Source: Sandaracinaceae bacterium (lineage in GTDB: Bacteria; Myxococcota_A; Polyangia; Polyangiales; Sandaracinaceae). Taken from it: a stretch of 64,000 nt of DNA. The number at the start of each line of letters is the position of its first letter. Positions within the stretch are counted from its first letter, which is position 1. Made by a program: the position numbers and the translations under genes. The notes under the pieces were generated by a model, which did not search any database, had not been told where the DNA came from, and worked only from the letters and a program-made list of their open reading frames with translations. The stretch is from NCBI GenBank assembly GCA_044220955.1, contig JBGAQA010000028.1:13013-77012 (forward strand). Direction: 5' to 3'. Shown one piece after another: positions 49,481-63,726 of this stretch.

Positions 49481-50583
49481 CGGAGCACCTCGTCGTAGAC
49501 CCGCTCGTACGCCTCCGCCATGCCCTCCGGTCGATAGGCGAGGTACGCTCGCTTCGCGGCCGCGGCGCGCGCCGGGCGTCCATCAGTATCACAAAGGACA
49601 TCTTCAAGCGACCGGGCGATGGCGTCAGAGTCACTATCGATACTTCTAGCGCCGCCGCCATCTGCGAGCTCCTCGGCGGACCCGCCGCGCGCGACGAGCA
49701 CGGGCACGCCGAGGCAGAGCGCCTCCAGCAGCACGATGGGCAGGTCCACCTTCGCGCCGAGGTCGGTGCCGGGCAGCGCCACCACGTCCGCCGCGGCGAT
49801 CAACGCGTGGATGTGCGCCGTCTCGCCCACCCAGCGCACGCGCTCCGCGATCCCGCGATCGGCCGCCAGCTGCCGCAGCGCCCGCTCGGCCTCCGCGACG
49901 CGGCCGGACTTCCTCCGCGCCGCCACCACGAGGATCGCCCCGAGCGAGGGCGGCAGGGCGGCGACCGCCTCGATCGTCTCGCGCCCGCCGCCGCCTGGCG
50001 CGAGATCTCCCGGGAACAGCACCACGGGGGCGTCGGCCGGCAGTCCGGCGAGGCGCCGCCCATCCCCGCGCATGTCCCCGCTCACCCGGACCGGCGCGAC
50101 GCACGGCGCGATGCGCCGCAGGCGCGCCGCCGAAACGCCGTGCTCCAGGAAGCGTCGCTCGGTGCGGCGCGACAACACGACCACGCGATCCGCGAAGAGA
50201 ACTGCGTCGAGATCCTCACCGGGCCTGGGCACGCTCGCCACCGTCTGCACGGTCGGCACGCGGCGCAGTCGGCTGAGCGCTCGCGCGGTGCGGCTCGTCC
50301 GCGCGTTGGGCGCGAAGACGAAGTGCCAGAGGTCCCCGCGCCGTCCGGACGCCAGGCGCGCGGCCAGCCGCATCGCCGGAACGCCGCTGAGCCCGAACCC
50401 CTCGTTGGGCTGGTAGAAGAGCGGCTCGACGCGGCCACGCGCGAGCGCGAGCGGAACGCCGCGGACTCCGAGGACGACCGGGTCGTGCCGGGTCATCGCC
50501 CCGGCGAGATCGCGCACGAGCGTCTTGCTTCCGTCGTTCCACGGTGGCGAGATGGGCTTGCTGACGATCAGGATCTCGGACAC
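49477..50583 (-). CDS. Glycosyltransferase family 4
   Basis: ADRVVVLS, VVLFPG, AADVVALP, PIVLLEALCLGVPV; GTG start inferred. Confidence 0.88.
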   Translation of the reverse strand: MSEILIVSKPISPPWNDGSKTLVRDLAGAMTRHDPVVLGVRGVPLALARGRVEPLFYQPNEGFGLSGVPAMRLAARLASGRRGDLWHFVFAPNARTSRTARALSRLRRVPTVQTVASVPRPGEDLDAVLFADRVVVLSRRTERRFLEHGVSAARLRRIAPCVAPVRVSGDMRGDGRRLAGLPADAPVVLFPGDLAPGGGGRETIEAVAALPPSLGAILVVAARRKSGRVAEAERALRQLAADRGIAERVRWVGETAHIHALIAAADVVALPGTDLGAKVDLPIVLLEALCLGVPVLVARGGSAEELADGGGARSIDSDSDAIARSLEDVLCDTDGRPARAAAAKRAYLAYRPEGMAEAYERVYDEVLR

Positions 50584-50607
50584 CGGACGCAGTGGTATAC
50601 GTCGAGG

Positions 50608-51162
50608 GTGGCGGAAGGCGAAGATCGCGACGACGACTCCGACTTGCTCGAGGACGGCGAGGGGCCCGACCCCGAGTCCGAGTCCCCTGGAGAGAGCCGG
50701 CGCCGGCGCGTCGAGCGTCTCTTGCCCGGGATCATCAAGCGCGCGATCGAGCGGGGCATCGAGACCGGGATCGGCTCCATCACCTCGGCCAACGACTCCA
50801 TCCGCAGCGTGGTCGGCAAGACCGAGCTCCCGAAGGAGGTCGCGGGCTACGTGTTCTCGCAGGTCGACGACACGAAGAACGCCGTGGTGCGCGTGGTGGC
50901 GCGCGAGGTGCGCGAGTTCCTCGAGGCGGCCGACCTCGCCAAGGAGCTCCAGAAGGTGCTCACGACCCTCTCGTTCGAGATCCGCACGGAGATCCGCTTC
51001 GTCCCGAACGACGCCGGAGGGCTCACCCCCGACGTCAAGGCCCGGGTCGGGCCGCGCGTCGCGACCGATCGGACCCGCCCGCGCCCGGAGCGGCGCCGCC
51101 GGGGTGCCCGCCGGCCCGGCGCGGAGGCGCCCGACGGCGAGTCCGACCCGGAAGACGGCTGA
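50608..51162 (+). CDS. Hypothetical protein (acidic N-terminus, amphipathic helical core, basic tail)
   Basis: Genome-typical codon usage; LPKEVAGYVFSQVDDTK..VVRVVAREVREFLE; directly upstream of ppk1. Confidence 0.7.
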   Translation: MAEGEDRDDDSDLLEDGEGPDPESESPGESRRRRVERLLPGIIKRAIERGIETGIGSITSANDSIRSVVGKTELPKEVAGYVFSQVDDTKNAVVRVVAREVREFLEAADLAKELQKVLTTLSFEIRTEIRFVPNDAGGLTPDVKARVGPRVATDRTRPRPERRRRGARRPGAEAPDGESDPEDG

Positions 51163-51233
51163 TTCGAAGCGATTTCGCGGAACTGACACGCTGAGCAGGT
51201 GCTTTCGCGACCCGGGCGACATACGATCGCGGC

Positions 51234-53498
51234 ATGCACGACGGCTCGCACGACGGTCCCGATCTCGTCCGCGGGAGCCCCGATCTCTTCGTGAACCGGG
51301 AGCTCTCGTGGCTCGAGTTCAACCAGCGCGTGGTGGACGAGGCCCACGAGCCAACCGTGCCCCTGGTCGAGCGGCTCAAGTTCGTGGCGATCGCCGCGAG
51401 CAACATCGACGAGTTCTTCATGGTGCGCGTCGCCGGCCTGGTCGGGCAGCAGCGAGACCGCGTGAGCATCTCGCCGGCGGATGGGATGTCTCCGTCGGAG
51501 CAGCTCCAGACGGTGGCGAGCCGCGTCGCGAAGATGCGCGCCGAGCTCGGCGAGACGGTCCTGAAGGCGCTCCTGCCGGAGCTGGCTGCGCGCGGCGTCC
51601 GGCTCCTGCGGACGCGCGACCTCTCTCCGGCCGGCTTCGCCCACGCGCAGCGGCACTTCCACACGCAGGTCCTGCCGGTGCTGACGCCCTTGGCGATCGA
51701 TCCCGGCCACCCGTTCCCGCACCTACGGAACAAGAGCCTCAACCTCATCGCGGTGCTGAGCGGCGCCAGCCGCGCGACGGCCCCCAAGAGCGTGGACGAG
51801 CCGGCGTTCGCGCTGGTGCAGGTGCCGGGGGTGCTGCCCCGCCTGGTTCGAGTGCCGCCGGAGGAGCATGGCGGCGTTCGCGCGGCGTTCGTGCTCCTCG
51901 ACGACCTCATCGGCGCACACGTCGGTGATCTCTTTCCGGGCTTCGACTGCCTCGGCGCGTGGCCCTTCCGGGTGATCAGGAACTTCGACCTCTCGATCGA
52001 CGAGGAAGAGGCGGAAGATCTGCTGGAGAGCGTGAAGCAAGAGGTCCGCCGCCGCGATCGCGGCAACGCCGTGTGCGCCCTGGTCGACGCAGGGGCCCGC
52101 CCCGAGGCCGTCGAGATGCTGCGCGAAGCGATCGGCCTCGAAGCATCGTACATGCTCCGCGTCGAGGGTCCGCTCTCGCTGCCCGACCTCGTCGCTCTCG
52201 GCGACCCGCTCGAGGGCGAGCCCAGCCTGCACGACGACCCGATGCCGCCGCAGATCCTGCCTCCGTTTCGCGAGGCCGAGGATCTCTTCGCGGTGATCGC
52301 GACGCGCGACGTCCTGCTCCACCACCCCTACGAGTCGTTCGACCCGGTCGTTCAATTCATCGAGCAGGCCGCCGCCGATCCCAACGTGCTGGCCATCAAG
52401 CAGACGCTCTACCGCACGAGCGGCGACAGCCCGATCGTGAAGGCGCTCATGCGTGCGGCCGAGAACCGCAAGCAGGTGACAGCGCTCGTCGAGATCAAGG
52501 CTCGCTTCGACGAGGAGAACAACATCGCCTGGGCCCGCAAGATGGAGGAGGCAGGCGTTCACGTGGTGTACGGCCTGGTCGGCCTCAAGACGCACGCCAA
52601 GGCCGCGCTGGTGGTGCGGCGCGAGGGAGGCGAGCTGCGCCGGTACGTCCACCTCGCGACCGGCAACTACAACCCGAACACCGCGCGGATCTACACCGAT
52701 CTCTCGTTCTTCACGTGCAGGCCCGACATCGGCGAAGACACGAGCTCGCTCTTCAACCTCCTGACCTCGTGCACGGCGCCCGCGGCGTGGAAGAAGCTCG
52801 TCATCGCCCCGCTCGGCCTGCACGAGCGGATCCTCGGGCTGATCGAGCGCGAGGCGGCCAACGCGCGTGCCGGACGGCCCGCCCGGATCGTCGCGAAGAT
52901 GAACTCCCTGGTCGATCCGGACGTCATCCTGGCGCTCTATCGCGCTTCGGTGGCGGGCGTGCAGATCGACCTGCTCGTCCGCGGCATCTGCTGCCTGCGG
53001 CCGGGGCTGCCCGGGGTGTCCGAGAACATCCGCGTCCGGGCGCTGGTGGATCGCTTCCTCGAGCACGCGCGCATCTTCGTGTTCGAGGCGGGAGGCGCGA
53101 CCGAGGTCTACGCGGCGAGCGCCGACTGGATGCAGCGCAACTTCCAGCGGCGCGTCGAGGTGCTCTTCCCGATCGAGGATCCGAAGCTGAAGGCGCGCCT
53201 CGTCGACGAGATCCTCGCGATCGAGCTCAGCGACGACGTGAAGGCGCGGCGCATGCTGCCTTCGGGTGCGTACGAGCGCGTCCCCTCGCTGACGGGGACG
53301 CGCTGCCAGCGCGTCTTCTTCGAGCGCGCGCGGCAGGCCGCCCAGGACGCCGACAAGCGCGTCCAGACCGAGCGGCCCTTCGTCGTCCGGCCCGTCCGCA
53401 AGGCGCCCTCGCTCACCCCCGCATCGGCCGACGCGCCCGCTCCCCGGGAGTCGAACCCCGACGTGTTCTCGGCGCCGCGCGAGCCCGCGACGTCGTAG
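51234..53498 (+). CDS. ppk1: Polyphosphate kinase 1
   Basis: NRELSWLEFNQRV, DEFFMVRVAG, HHPYESF, IKQTLYR, KTHAK, TGNYN, RGICCL, RFLEHAR, ADWM.RN. Confidence 0.98.
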   Translation: MHDGSHDGPDLVRGSPDLFVNRELSWLEFNQRVVDEAHEPTVPLVERLKFVAIAASNIDEFFMVRVAGLVGQQRDRVSISPADGMSPSEQLQTVASRVAKMRAELGETVLKALLPELAARGVRLLRTRDLSPAGFAHAQRHFHTQVLPVLTPLAIDPGHPFPHLRNKSLNLIAVLSGASRATAPKSVDEPAFALVQVPGVLPRLVRVPPEEHGGVRAAFVLLDDLIGAHVGDLFPGFDCLGAWPFRVIRNFDLSIDEEEAEDLLESVKQEVRRRDRGNAVCALVDAGARPEAVEMLREAIGLEASYMLRVEGPLSLPDLVALGDPLEGEPSLHDDPMPPQILPPFREAEDLFAVIATRDVLLHHPYESFDPVVQFIEQAAADPNVLAIKQTLYRTSGDSPIVKALMRAAENRKQVTALVEIKARFDEENNIAWARKMEEAGVHVVYGLVGLKTHAKAALVVRREGGELRRYVHLATGNYNPNTARIYTDLSFFTCRPDIGEDTSSLFNLLTSCTAPAAWKKLVIAPLGLHERILGLIEREAANARAGRPARIVAKMNSLVDPDVILALYRASVAGVQIDLLVRGICCLRPGLPGVSENIRVRALVDRFLEHARIFVFEAGGATEVYAASADWMQRNFQRRVEVLFPIEDPKLKARLVDEILAIELSDDVKARRMLPSGAYERVPSLTGTRCQRVFFERARQAAQDADKRVQTERPFVVRPVRKAPSLTPASADAPAPRESNPDVFSAPREPATS

Positions 53499-53512
53499 CG
53501 CACGGGAGCCCT

Positions 53513-54100
53513 TCAGCGAGCGGGGTGGACCGAGGCGATCGTCTGCTGGAACGCCCCCTCGGCGAGCCCGACCGCGTCAGCGGGCCCCGTGAGCTTGAAG
53601 AACACGAGCCCCTCGGGCCCCTCCACGATCGCGCCCAGCATGCGCTGGCTGGAGGCGGTGACCGTCTGGTCGCTCCCACGCATCCCGCTGAACGAGCCCG
53701 AGACGTCGACGAAGGTGACGGGCAGCCCGCCCGCCTCGCCGCGCGTGATCGTGGCCACGTCGCGCGACGCGCGACCGTCCGGCTGGGTGAACTGGTCGAC
53801 CCAGCGGTTGATGTTGTCGTCGACCGAGCCGCCCTCCCCCGGTCCGAAGTGGAAGACCGCGAGGGTCGCCTCGGGGTGGTCGGTGACGACGTACTCCGCC
53901 GCGCGCATCGCGCTCGACGGCGCGTGGGGCGCGAGCGGTGGCTCGGCGCGCCAGCCGATGCCCCCGGCGTAGTCCTCCGACTCGTCGCGCGCGGCAGAAT
54001 GCTCCTCGGAGGCCGCGCGTCTGGCGGGAGCATCGTCGCCGCACGACGCGAGCGACACGGCGGCGACGGCGGTCAGGAGTGCGGCTCGCATCGGCGGCAT
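53513..54100 (-). CDS. Putative lipoprotein
   Basis: SLAS-C lipobox; MRAAEY, GGSVDDNINRW..QF, FFKLTGP; start may be 54091. Confidence 0.75.
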   Translation of the reverse strand: MPPMRAALLTAVAAVSLASCGDDAPARRAASEEHSAARDESEDYAGGIGWRAEPPLAPHAPSSAMRAAEYVVTDHPEATLAVFHFGPGEGGSVDDNINRWVDQFTQPDGRASRDVATITRGEAGGLPVTFVDVSGSFSGMRGSDQTVTASSQRMLGAIVEGPEGLVFFKLTGPADAVGLAEGAFQQTIASVHPAR

Positions 54101-54136
54101 CGTGAAGCCAGCAGGCCCACGTGTGCAAGGCGCGCG

Positions 54137-54808
54137 TCAGCCCGCGTCGCGCACGCCCGTGTCGGGCCCCCGCGGCACGCAGCCGCCGGCGACGCAACGC
54201 TCGAACGCCGTGCAGCGCCGCCCACAGGCGCCGCAGTGCGCCTGATCGGTCCGAGTGTCCACGCAACCGAAGGCGCCCGCGGGATCGGGGCAGCACAGGT
54301 CGTCAGGCGTCCCCGCGCAGCGCCCGCCGCTGTCTCCGCAGAGACATAGGCCGCCGGAGCACTGGTTGGCCTGGGCGCGATCGCAGGCGCGCCCGCACAT
54401 CCCGCAGTCCGTGAGGTCGAGGCCGGGGTTCGCGCAGTACGGCCGCGCCCCCGCCAGGCTGGGGCAGCAGATCGAGTTCTCGGCGCCCGTACAGCCGATG
54501 TCGAAGTCGCCGCACGTGCACTGGTTGTGCGCGCACCCGTCGCCCCGACGCGTCCCGACGCAGTCGCGGCCGCAGATGCCGCAGTTCGCGATGTCGTTGG
54601 CGAGATCGACGCACTGCGGGACGCCGGCCGGGCCGACGCAGCAGGTGCGTCCCGCCGGGCACTCCATCTCGCAGCGGCCGGTATCGCGCGAAGTATCGAG
54701 CGGCGGCGCCACGTCGACGGCGGCGTCCATGCCCGCATCCCCCGCGCTCGACGTGGCCGAGCAAGCGGTCATGAGCACGCCGACGAGGAGCCAAGCGAAG
54801 CGGAGCAT
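54137..54808 (-). CDS. Cys-rich lipoprotein
   Basis: LMTA-C lipobox; three D..(N/H/D)CG.CG..C repeats. Confidence 0.85.
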   Translation of the reverse strand: MLRFAWLLVGVLMTACSATSSAGDAGMDAAVDVAPPLDTSRDTGRCEMECPAGRTCCVGPAGVPQCVDLANDIANCGICGRDCVGTRRGDGCAHNQCTCGDFDIGCTGAENSICCPSLAGARPYCANPGLDLTDCGMCGRACDRAQANQCSGGLCLCGDSGGRCAGTPDDLCCPDPAGAFGCVDTRTDQAHCGACGRRCTAFERCVAGGCVPRGPDTGVRDAG

Positions 54809-54832
54809 GCTCCGAGCGTGATCCGCCGACCG

Positions 54833-55735
54833 TCAGCCGTCGACCGCGAACGTCCGGAACCCGCGACGCACGGCGAGCGCATCCCCGCGGCGCTCGCCGA
54901 TCGCGACGAGCTCACCGGCCGGTCCGAGCATCGCGACGACGGCGCCGTCCTCGAGGCTGGCCGGCACGGGGCGGACCGCCCGGCCCGCGCGCGCGTCCGC
55001 GGCTCCGCGCGCGTCGAGCGTCGTGCGCGGCATGCCGAGCACGGCCTGCTCCAGCGGCATGACGCGCGCCCGGACCGACGGGCGCAGCGCCTCGTCGCCG
55101 CGGGCCGCCGAGAGCAGCGCGCCCGGCAGCGCGTCCTGCACGCGAAACGGGCCGCTGGCGGTCCGTCGCAGCGCGCCGAGGTGCCCGACCGTCCCGAGCG
55201 CGCGCGCCAGGTCTCGCCCGAGCGATCGCACGTAGAAGCCCTTCGACGCGCGGACGGAGAAGGCGAGCGGCGCGAGCGATCGCAGCCTGAGCGCGTGGAC
55301 CGTCACCGGACGCAGCGGGGCCTCGACCGCTTCGCCGCGACGCGCGCGCCGGTGGAGCGCGACGCCGTCGACCTTGATCGCGCTGTACGCCGGTGGGCGC
55401 TGCTGCTGCGGCCCCACGAAGCCCGACGCGACGCGGCGGACGGTCTCCTCGTCCAGCGCGGGCACCTCGGCCTCGGCGACGACCGCGCCCCGGGCGTCGA
55501 GCGTGTCGGTCTCGCTGCCGAGAACGAGCTCGAAGTCGTACTCCTTCTCGTCCAGCGTCAGGTACGGGACGAGCTTGGTGCCCTCACCGATGGCCAGCAC
55601 CAGCGCGCCCGTCGCCATCGGGTCGAGCGTGCCGGCGTGCCCGACGGCCCGCGTCCCGAGCGCACGCCGCGCCCACGCGACGACGTCGTGCGAGGTCGGG
55701 CCCTCGGGCTTGTCGACGACGAGCACCCCGTGCAC
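54833..55735 (-). CDS. truB: tRNA pseudouridine(55) synthase
   Basis: GVLVVDKP.G.TSHDVV, GHAGTLDPMATG, PPAYSAIK, SKGFYVRSL, LRRTASG. Confidence 0.96.
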   Translation of the reverse strand: MHGVLVVDKPEGPTSHDVVAWARRALGTRAVGHAGTLDPMATGALVLAIGEGTKLVPYLTLDEKEYDFELVLGSETDTLDARGAVVAEAEVPALDEETVRRVASGFVGPQQQRPPAYSAIKVDGVALHRRARRGEAVEAPLRPVTVHALRLRSLAPLAFSVRASKGFYVRSLGRDLARALGTVGHLGALRRTASGPFRVQDALPGALLSAARGDEALRPSVRARVMPLEQAVLGMPRTTLDARGAADARAGRAVRPVPASLEDGAVVAMLGPAGELVAIGERRGDALAVRRGFRTFAVDG

Positions 55736-55749
55736 GACCCGGCCCGTGC

Positions 55750-56712
55750 TCAGCGTAGCTGCGTCCGCGCGGCGGCCAGCACGCTCGCACGCGCCTGGTC
55801 GAGCGACGCGCGGAGCGTGGCGCCCGCGGCAGACCGGTGACCACCACCGCCGAGGGCGACGGCCACGCTCGCCACGTCGGCACCGTCGCCGGCGCGCAGG
55901 CTCACCTTCACCTCGCCGTCCCTGCCCAGCGGCTGCCAGAGCAGCGCAGCGACGCGGACGCCCTCGATCATGCGCCCGTAGTTGACCATCCCCTCGATGA
56001 GGTCGTCGCTCGCGCCGCTGCGGCCCAGCATCGCGCGGTCGACGCACACGATCGCGATGCGACCGCCGTCCTCCATCTGCATCGCGCGCAGCACCTCGCC
56101 GAGGAGGGACATGCGGGCCAGCGACCACTTCTCGAAGAGGTTGGAGGCGACCTGCCAGGGGTCGACCCCTTGCCCGAGCAGCTCGGCCGCCAGCTGATGG
56201 GTGGCCGCGCGCGTCCCCGTATACCGGAACCCGCCCGTGTCCGCGACGATGGCGGCGTAGATCGGCTGGGCCGCCGCCTTCGGGACCGGGATGAGCCCCA
56301 GGTCGTGCGCCATGCGCAGCACCACCTCGCCCGTGGCGCACGCGTCGATCTCGCGAACGGCGAGATCGCCGAACCCGTCGTGGGCCGCGTGGTGGTCGAC
56401 GATGATCACGGGGCCCGTGCGAGCGGGCGGCGGCAGATCGGGGATCAGCTCCTTGGCGGCCGCGTCCATCACGAACGTCGCGTCGAAGACGCCCTCCGGG
56501 AAGCGGTCGACGACGCGCTCCTTGCCCTCGAGGAACGAGAGCAAGGGTGGGACGCCCCCGTCGCTGTACACGACGGCCTCCTTGCCGACCGCGTCGAGCA
56601 CCGACGCCAGACCGAGCGCCGATCCGAGCGCGTCGGCGTCCGGACGCACGTGACACGTGACGACGAACCGGCGACCGGCGCGGATCTTCACGATGGCGGC
56701 GGCGCGAGTCAT
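55750..56712 (-). CDS. nrnA: DHH-family phosphoesterase (NrnA-like)
   Basis: HVRPDADALGS, IVDHH, DTGGFRY, KVSLR, GGGHRSAAG. Confidence 0.9.
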   Translation of the reverse strand: MTRAAAIVKIRAGRRFVVTCHVRPDADALGSALGLASVLDAVGKEAVVYSDGGVPPLLSFLEGKERVVDRFPEGVFDATFVMDAAAKELIPDLPPPARTGPVIIVDHHAAHDGFGDLAVREIDACATGEVVLRMAHDLGLIPVPKAAAQPIYAAIVADTGGFRYTGTRAATHQLAAELLGQGVDPWQVASNLFEKWSLARMSLLGEVLRAMQMEDGGRIAIVCVDRAMLGRSGASDDLIEGMVNYGRMIEGVRVAALLWQPLGRDGEVKVSLRAGDGADVASVAVALGGGGHRSAAGATLRASLDQARASVLAAARTQLR

Positions 56713-57119
56713 CGCTGGCCCGCCTTGTCGCGGTCGATCTCGTGGAGAAGCTCCTCGATGCGCCGCCCGCGGTCCGCGACGTCGTCCCACGCGAAGCGGA
56801 GCTCCGGCGCGCGCCGCAGCGCGAGCCGAGCTGCCAGCGCACGGCGCACGAACCCGCTCGCGCGCTCCAGCGCCCGGACGACGCGCTTCTGCTTCGGGAC
56901 GCTCGCGTCCACGTCGAGGAGCCGGACGAAGACACGAGCGAGCGACAGGTCACGGGTGACCTGCACCTCGTTCACGACGCAGCCCTCGATGGCTGGATCG
57001 TGGATCTCACCGCGCAGGAGCATGTCCATCAGCTCCGCGCGGATCCGCTGGCCGACCTTGGCGGCGCGATGGCCGTCGGGGGCCGGGGCGCCCGTAGCGC
57101 GACGACCGCTCTCAGCCAT
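56709..57119 (-). CDS. rbfA: Ribosome-binding factor A
   Basis: VTRDLSLARVF, ASGFVR..LA..L.LRRAPELRF; position after infB. Confidence 0.93.
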   Translation of the reverse strand: MAESGRRATGAPAPDGHRAAKVGQRIRAELMDMLLRGEIHDPAIEGCVVNEVQVTRDLSLARVFVRLLDVDASVPKQKRVVRALERASGFVRRALAARLALRRAPELRFAWDDVADRGRRIEELLHEIDRDKAGQR

Positions 57120-57432
57120 CCGTCATCCCCGCGCCGAAGTGGTCCTCGTACGTCTCGATCTCGATCGATCGATCGAGGACGAGGGCCTCGGAGGCCCCCG
57201 AGACGAAGGACAGGATCGTGTCGAGCATCTCGTTCACGTGACGACGGTCGTTCGACACGACAGTGACACCGATCACGGCCCGGCGGTGAACGTCGTTGTC
57301 CCCGACCTCCGCGACGGCCGCGTTGAACTTCGCGCGGACGCGGTCGATGACGCGCCGCACCACGGAGCGCTTGTCCTTGAGGGACCGCGCCTCCGGGATG
57401 CCGAGCACGATACGCGCGATACCGACGACCAT
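57112..57432 (-). CDS. DUF503 (YlxP-like) protein
   Basis: MVVG..RI.L.IPEARSLKDKR.VV..KFNAAVAEV; between infB and rbfA. Confidence 0.9.
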   Translation of the reverse strand: MVVGIARIVLGIPEARSLKDKRSVVRRVIDRVRAKFNAAVAEVGDNDVHRRAVIGVTVVSNDRRHVNEMLDTILSFVSGASEALVLDRSIEIETYEDHFGAGMTDG

Positions 57433-57449
57433 GGCGGTCGATCACACGC

Positions 57450-60046
<2,597 letters not shown>

Positions 60047-60050
<4 letters not shown>

Positions 60051-60724
60051 CCCGCCTTCGAGTCCGAGCGCTGCCGCCCGTGGCTCGAATCATCCTGGTT
60101 GCCACCTCGAACGCCCGAGAGCTGCCGCGCGACGTGCCCGAGCGCGTCCGCAATTCCTTCGTCTTGGATCCCCACGACCGCGACCTCGTCGCGACCGACC
60201 AGCGCGCCGAGCTCGGCCTTCGTGAGCAGCGGGATGGCCTTGCCCCCGAGGCGCGTCATCGCCGCCCCGATCTCTGCCGTCCGCCCGGACGCGTCCGTCG
60301 CGAGCACGAGCGCGACGACGCGCCGCTCGGCGATCGCCTTCTCCGTTCCGTCGGCGCCCAGGACGGCCAGCTTCGCGCGGATCGCTCCGAGCAGGAGGCC
60401 TCGTGCACGGGCGACGAGCTGCGCGCCCACGAGGGACACGAGCTCGCCGGCGTCCACCTCGACGCGCGCCTGCGCCGACTTCGCGAAGCCCCCCCGTCGC
60501 ACCGCCTGCTCGATGCACGCGCGGCTCGCGTGCGTGGAAGCGCCCCGTCGCCCGAGCTTGTGGGCCACGTCCGGCACGATGGCCGCGGCGCCGTCCTCGA
60601 CGAGGATGGCGAAACGGATCAGCTCTTCGCGCTCGGCGACCTCGCGGCAGCCGACACAGGTCCGCTCGGAAGCCTTCGCCTCCGCGCGCGCCGTCGTGCC
60701 GTCCTTCGTCAAGATCGCCTCCAC
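60047..60724 (-). CDS. YlxR/RnpM (DUF448) fused to an L7Ae-like domain
   Basis: ERTCVGCR...LIRF...GRRGA, then LVLATDAS...KAELGALVGR; between nusA and infB. Confidence 0.85.
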
Positions 60725-60738
60725 GCCCGGTCCTCCGC

Positions 60739-62367
<1,629 letters not shown>

Positions 62368-62409
62368 CTCGAACCACCTTCCACGCGCGGCCGGACAGGC
62401 CGCTCTTCT

Positions 62410-62946
62410 CTAACGATGGGTGTTGTGCTTGCTCTTGGACGCGAACTTGTAGACGACGTTCGCCTTCGCGATCGCCGTCAAAGGAATCTGGAAGACGGCC
62501 GGGCCGTCCTCGACGCGCACGAGGTCGCCCTCGAGGCCCCGCAGGACGCCGGCGAACTTGCGACGCGAGTCGTCACCCGGGAGGGGAAGGCGCGTCTGCA
62601 CGCGCACCTCGCGACCCGCGTACTTCTCGAAGTCGCGGCGCCGCGTCAGCGGGCGGTCGAGCCCGGGCGAGCTCACCTCGAGGCGATAGCGGATCTTCGG
62701 CGCGACGGCCTCGTTCACGTCGAGCGCGACCGAGAGGTCGCGGCTGACCGACTGACAATCGGCGAGCGAGACTCCGCTGCCGGGCTGGGCCCCTTCGGCG
62801 CCCGCCACCTCGCGGTCGATCAGCACCCGCAGCACGGCGCCGCCTGGCTCGCGCAGCACGGACACGTCCACGAGCTCGACCCCGTGCGCGAGGCACACGG
62901 GCTCGATCACCTGGATCAGCGCGCTGTGTTGAGGGTCGTCGAGCAT
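62410..62946 (-). CDS. rimP: Ribosome maturation factor RimP
   Basis: LRVLID, DCQSVSR.LS..LD, YRLEVSSPGLDRPL; first gene of the nusA operon. Confidence 0.95.
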   Translation of the reverse strand: MLDDPQHSALIQVIEPVCLAHGVELVDVSVLREPGGAVLRVLIDREVAGAEGAQPGSGVSLADCQSVSRDLSVALDVNEAVAPKIRYRLEVSSPGLDRPLTRRRDFEKYAGREVRVQTRLPLPGDDSRRKFAGVLRGLEGDLVRVEDGPAVFQIPLTAIAKANVVYKFASKSKHNTHR

Positions 62947-63145
62947 CGTGGTCACACCGGTCCGTCGAGCCGCGATCCGGCTCCCCGAGAGGTCCGACGC
63001 GCGTCGCCTGGTGAGTGGCGAGCAGGCCGGGGCCAAACGGGATGAGCGAGGTACCATGCGTACAGCGCGGCGGCAAGCCGGCCTTGCTCACATCCCGGTC
63101 CTCGGCTAGGGTCCGCGCCCTTCCGCCCTTTCCCTGGGAGAGTCC

Positions 63146-63394
63146 ATGGCCCGCGTCACCGTCGAAGACTGCCTCGAGCACGAAGAGAACCGCTTTGCCC
63201 TCGTGGTCCTGGCCTCGCAGCGCACGCGGCAGATCATGAAGGGCGCTCCGGCGTTGGTATCGAGCAAGAACCGCCCCGCGGTCACCTCGCTCCGCGAGAT
63301 CGCCTCGCAGAAGGTCCACTGGAACCGTCCCGTCGACGACGCGGTCAACGAGTACATCGTCGAGCGCAAGGCCGCCGACAACGTCCCTCGTTGA
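63146..63394 (+). CDS. rpoZ: RNA polymerase omega subunit
   Basis: MARVTVEDCL...NRFALVVLA..R.RQ, V.SLREIA. Confidence 0.95.
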   Translation: MARVTVEDCLEHEENRFALVVLASQRTRQIMKGAPALVSSKNRPAVTSLREIASQKVHWNRPVDDAVNEYIVERKAADNVPR

Positions 63395-63450
63395 TTTCCA
63401 GGGGCTCGCTACCGATCTCGACGGCCGTGCGTCGCGGCACGTAACCACGG

Positions 63451-63726
63451 CTAATTGAGGTCGCGAGACGGGTTCACGATGCGGCCCGGCTCGATGCCGA
63501 GGTCGCGCAGCACGCGCTCCCAGCGGTCCTCCGGCTCGGTCTCGAAGACGACCGAGGGATCGACCGGCGCGGGCAGCCACACGCCGCGGCGGAATTCCTC
63601 GTCGAGCTGGCCCGTGGACCAGCCCGAGTAGCCGAGCGCCAGCGCCTGGCGGCGCGAGCGGCCGGCCGATGCGATCGACGAGAGCAGCTTCCGCGACGCG
63701 CTGACGGCGAGCGACATGTCGATCCG
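63451..63726 (-). pseudogene. YqgE/AlgH-family protein, C-terminal part only
   Basis: ALGYSGW..GQLDEE...G.WL, VVFE..PEDRW; N-terminal half replaced by unrelated sequence. Confidence 0.75.

Noticed and set aside
49579..49665. dif site, DnaA boxes or CRP site in the AT-rich patch
   Set aside because: No XerD arm (TTATGTTAAAT) or TTATCCACA match; only a CRP half-site
63424..63451. Hairpin between rpoZ and the yqgE fragment as an intrinsic terminator
   Set aside because: Short alternative stems with no U-tract; insufficient support
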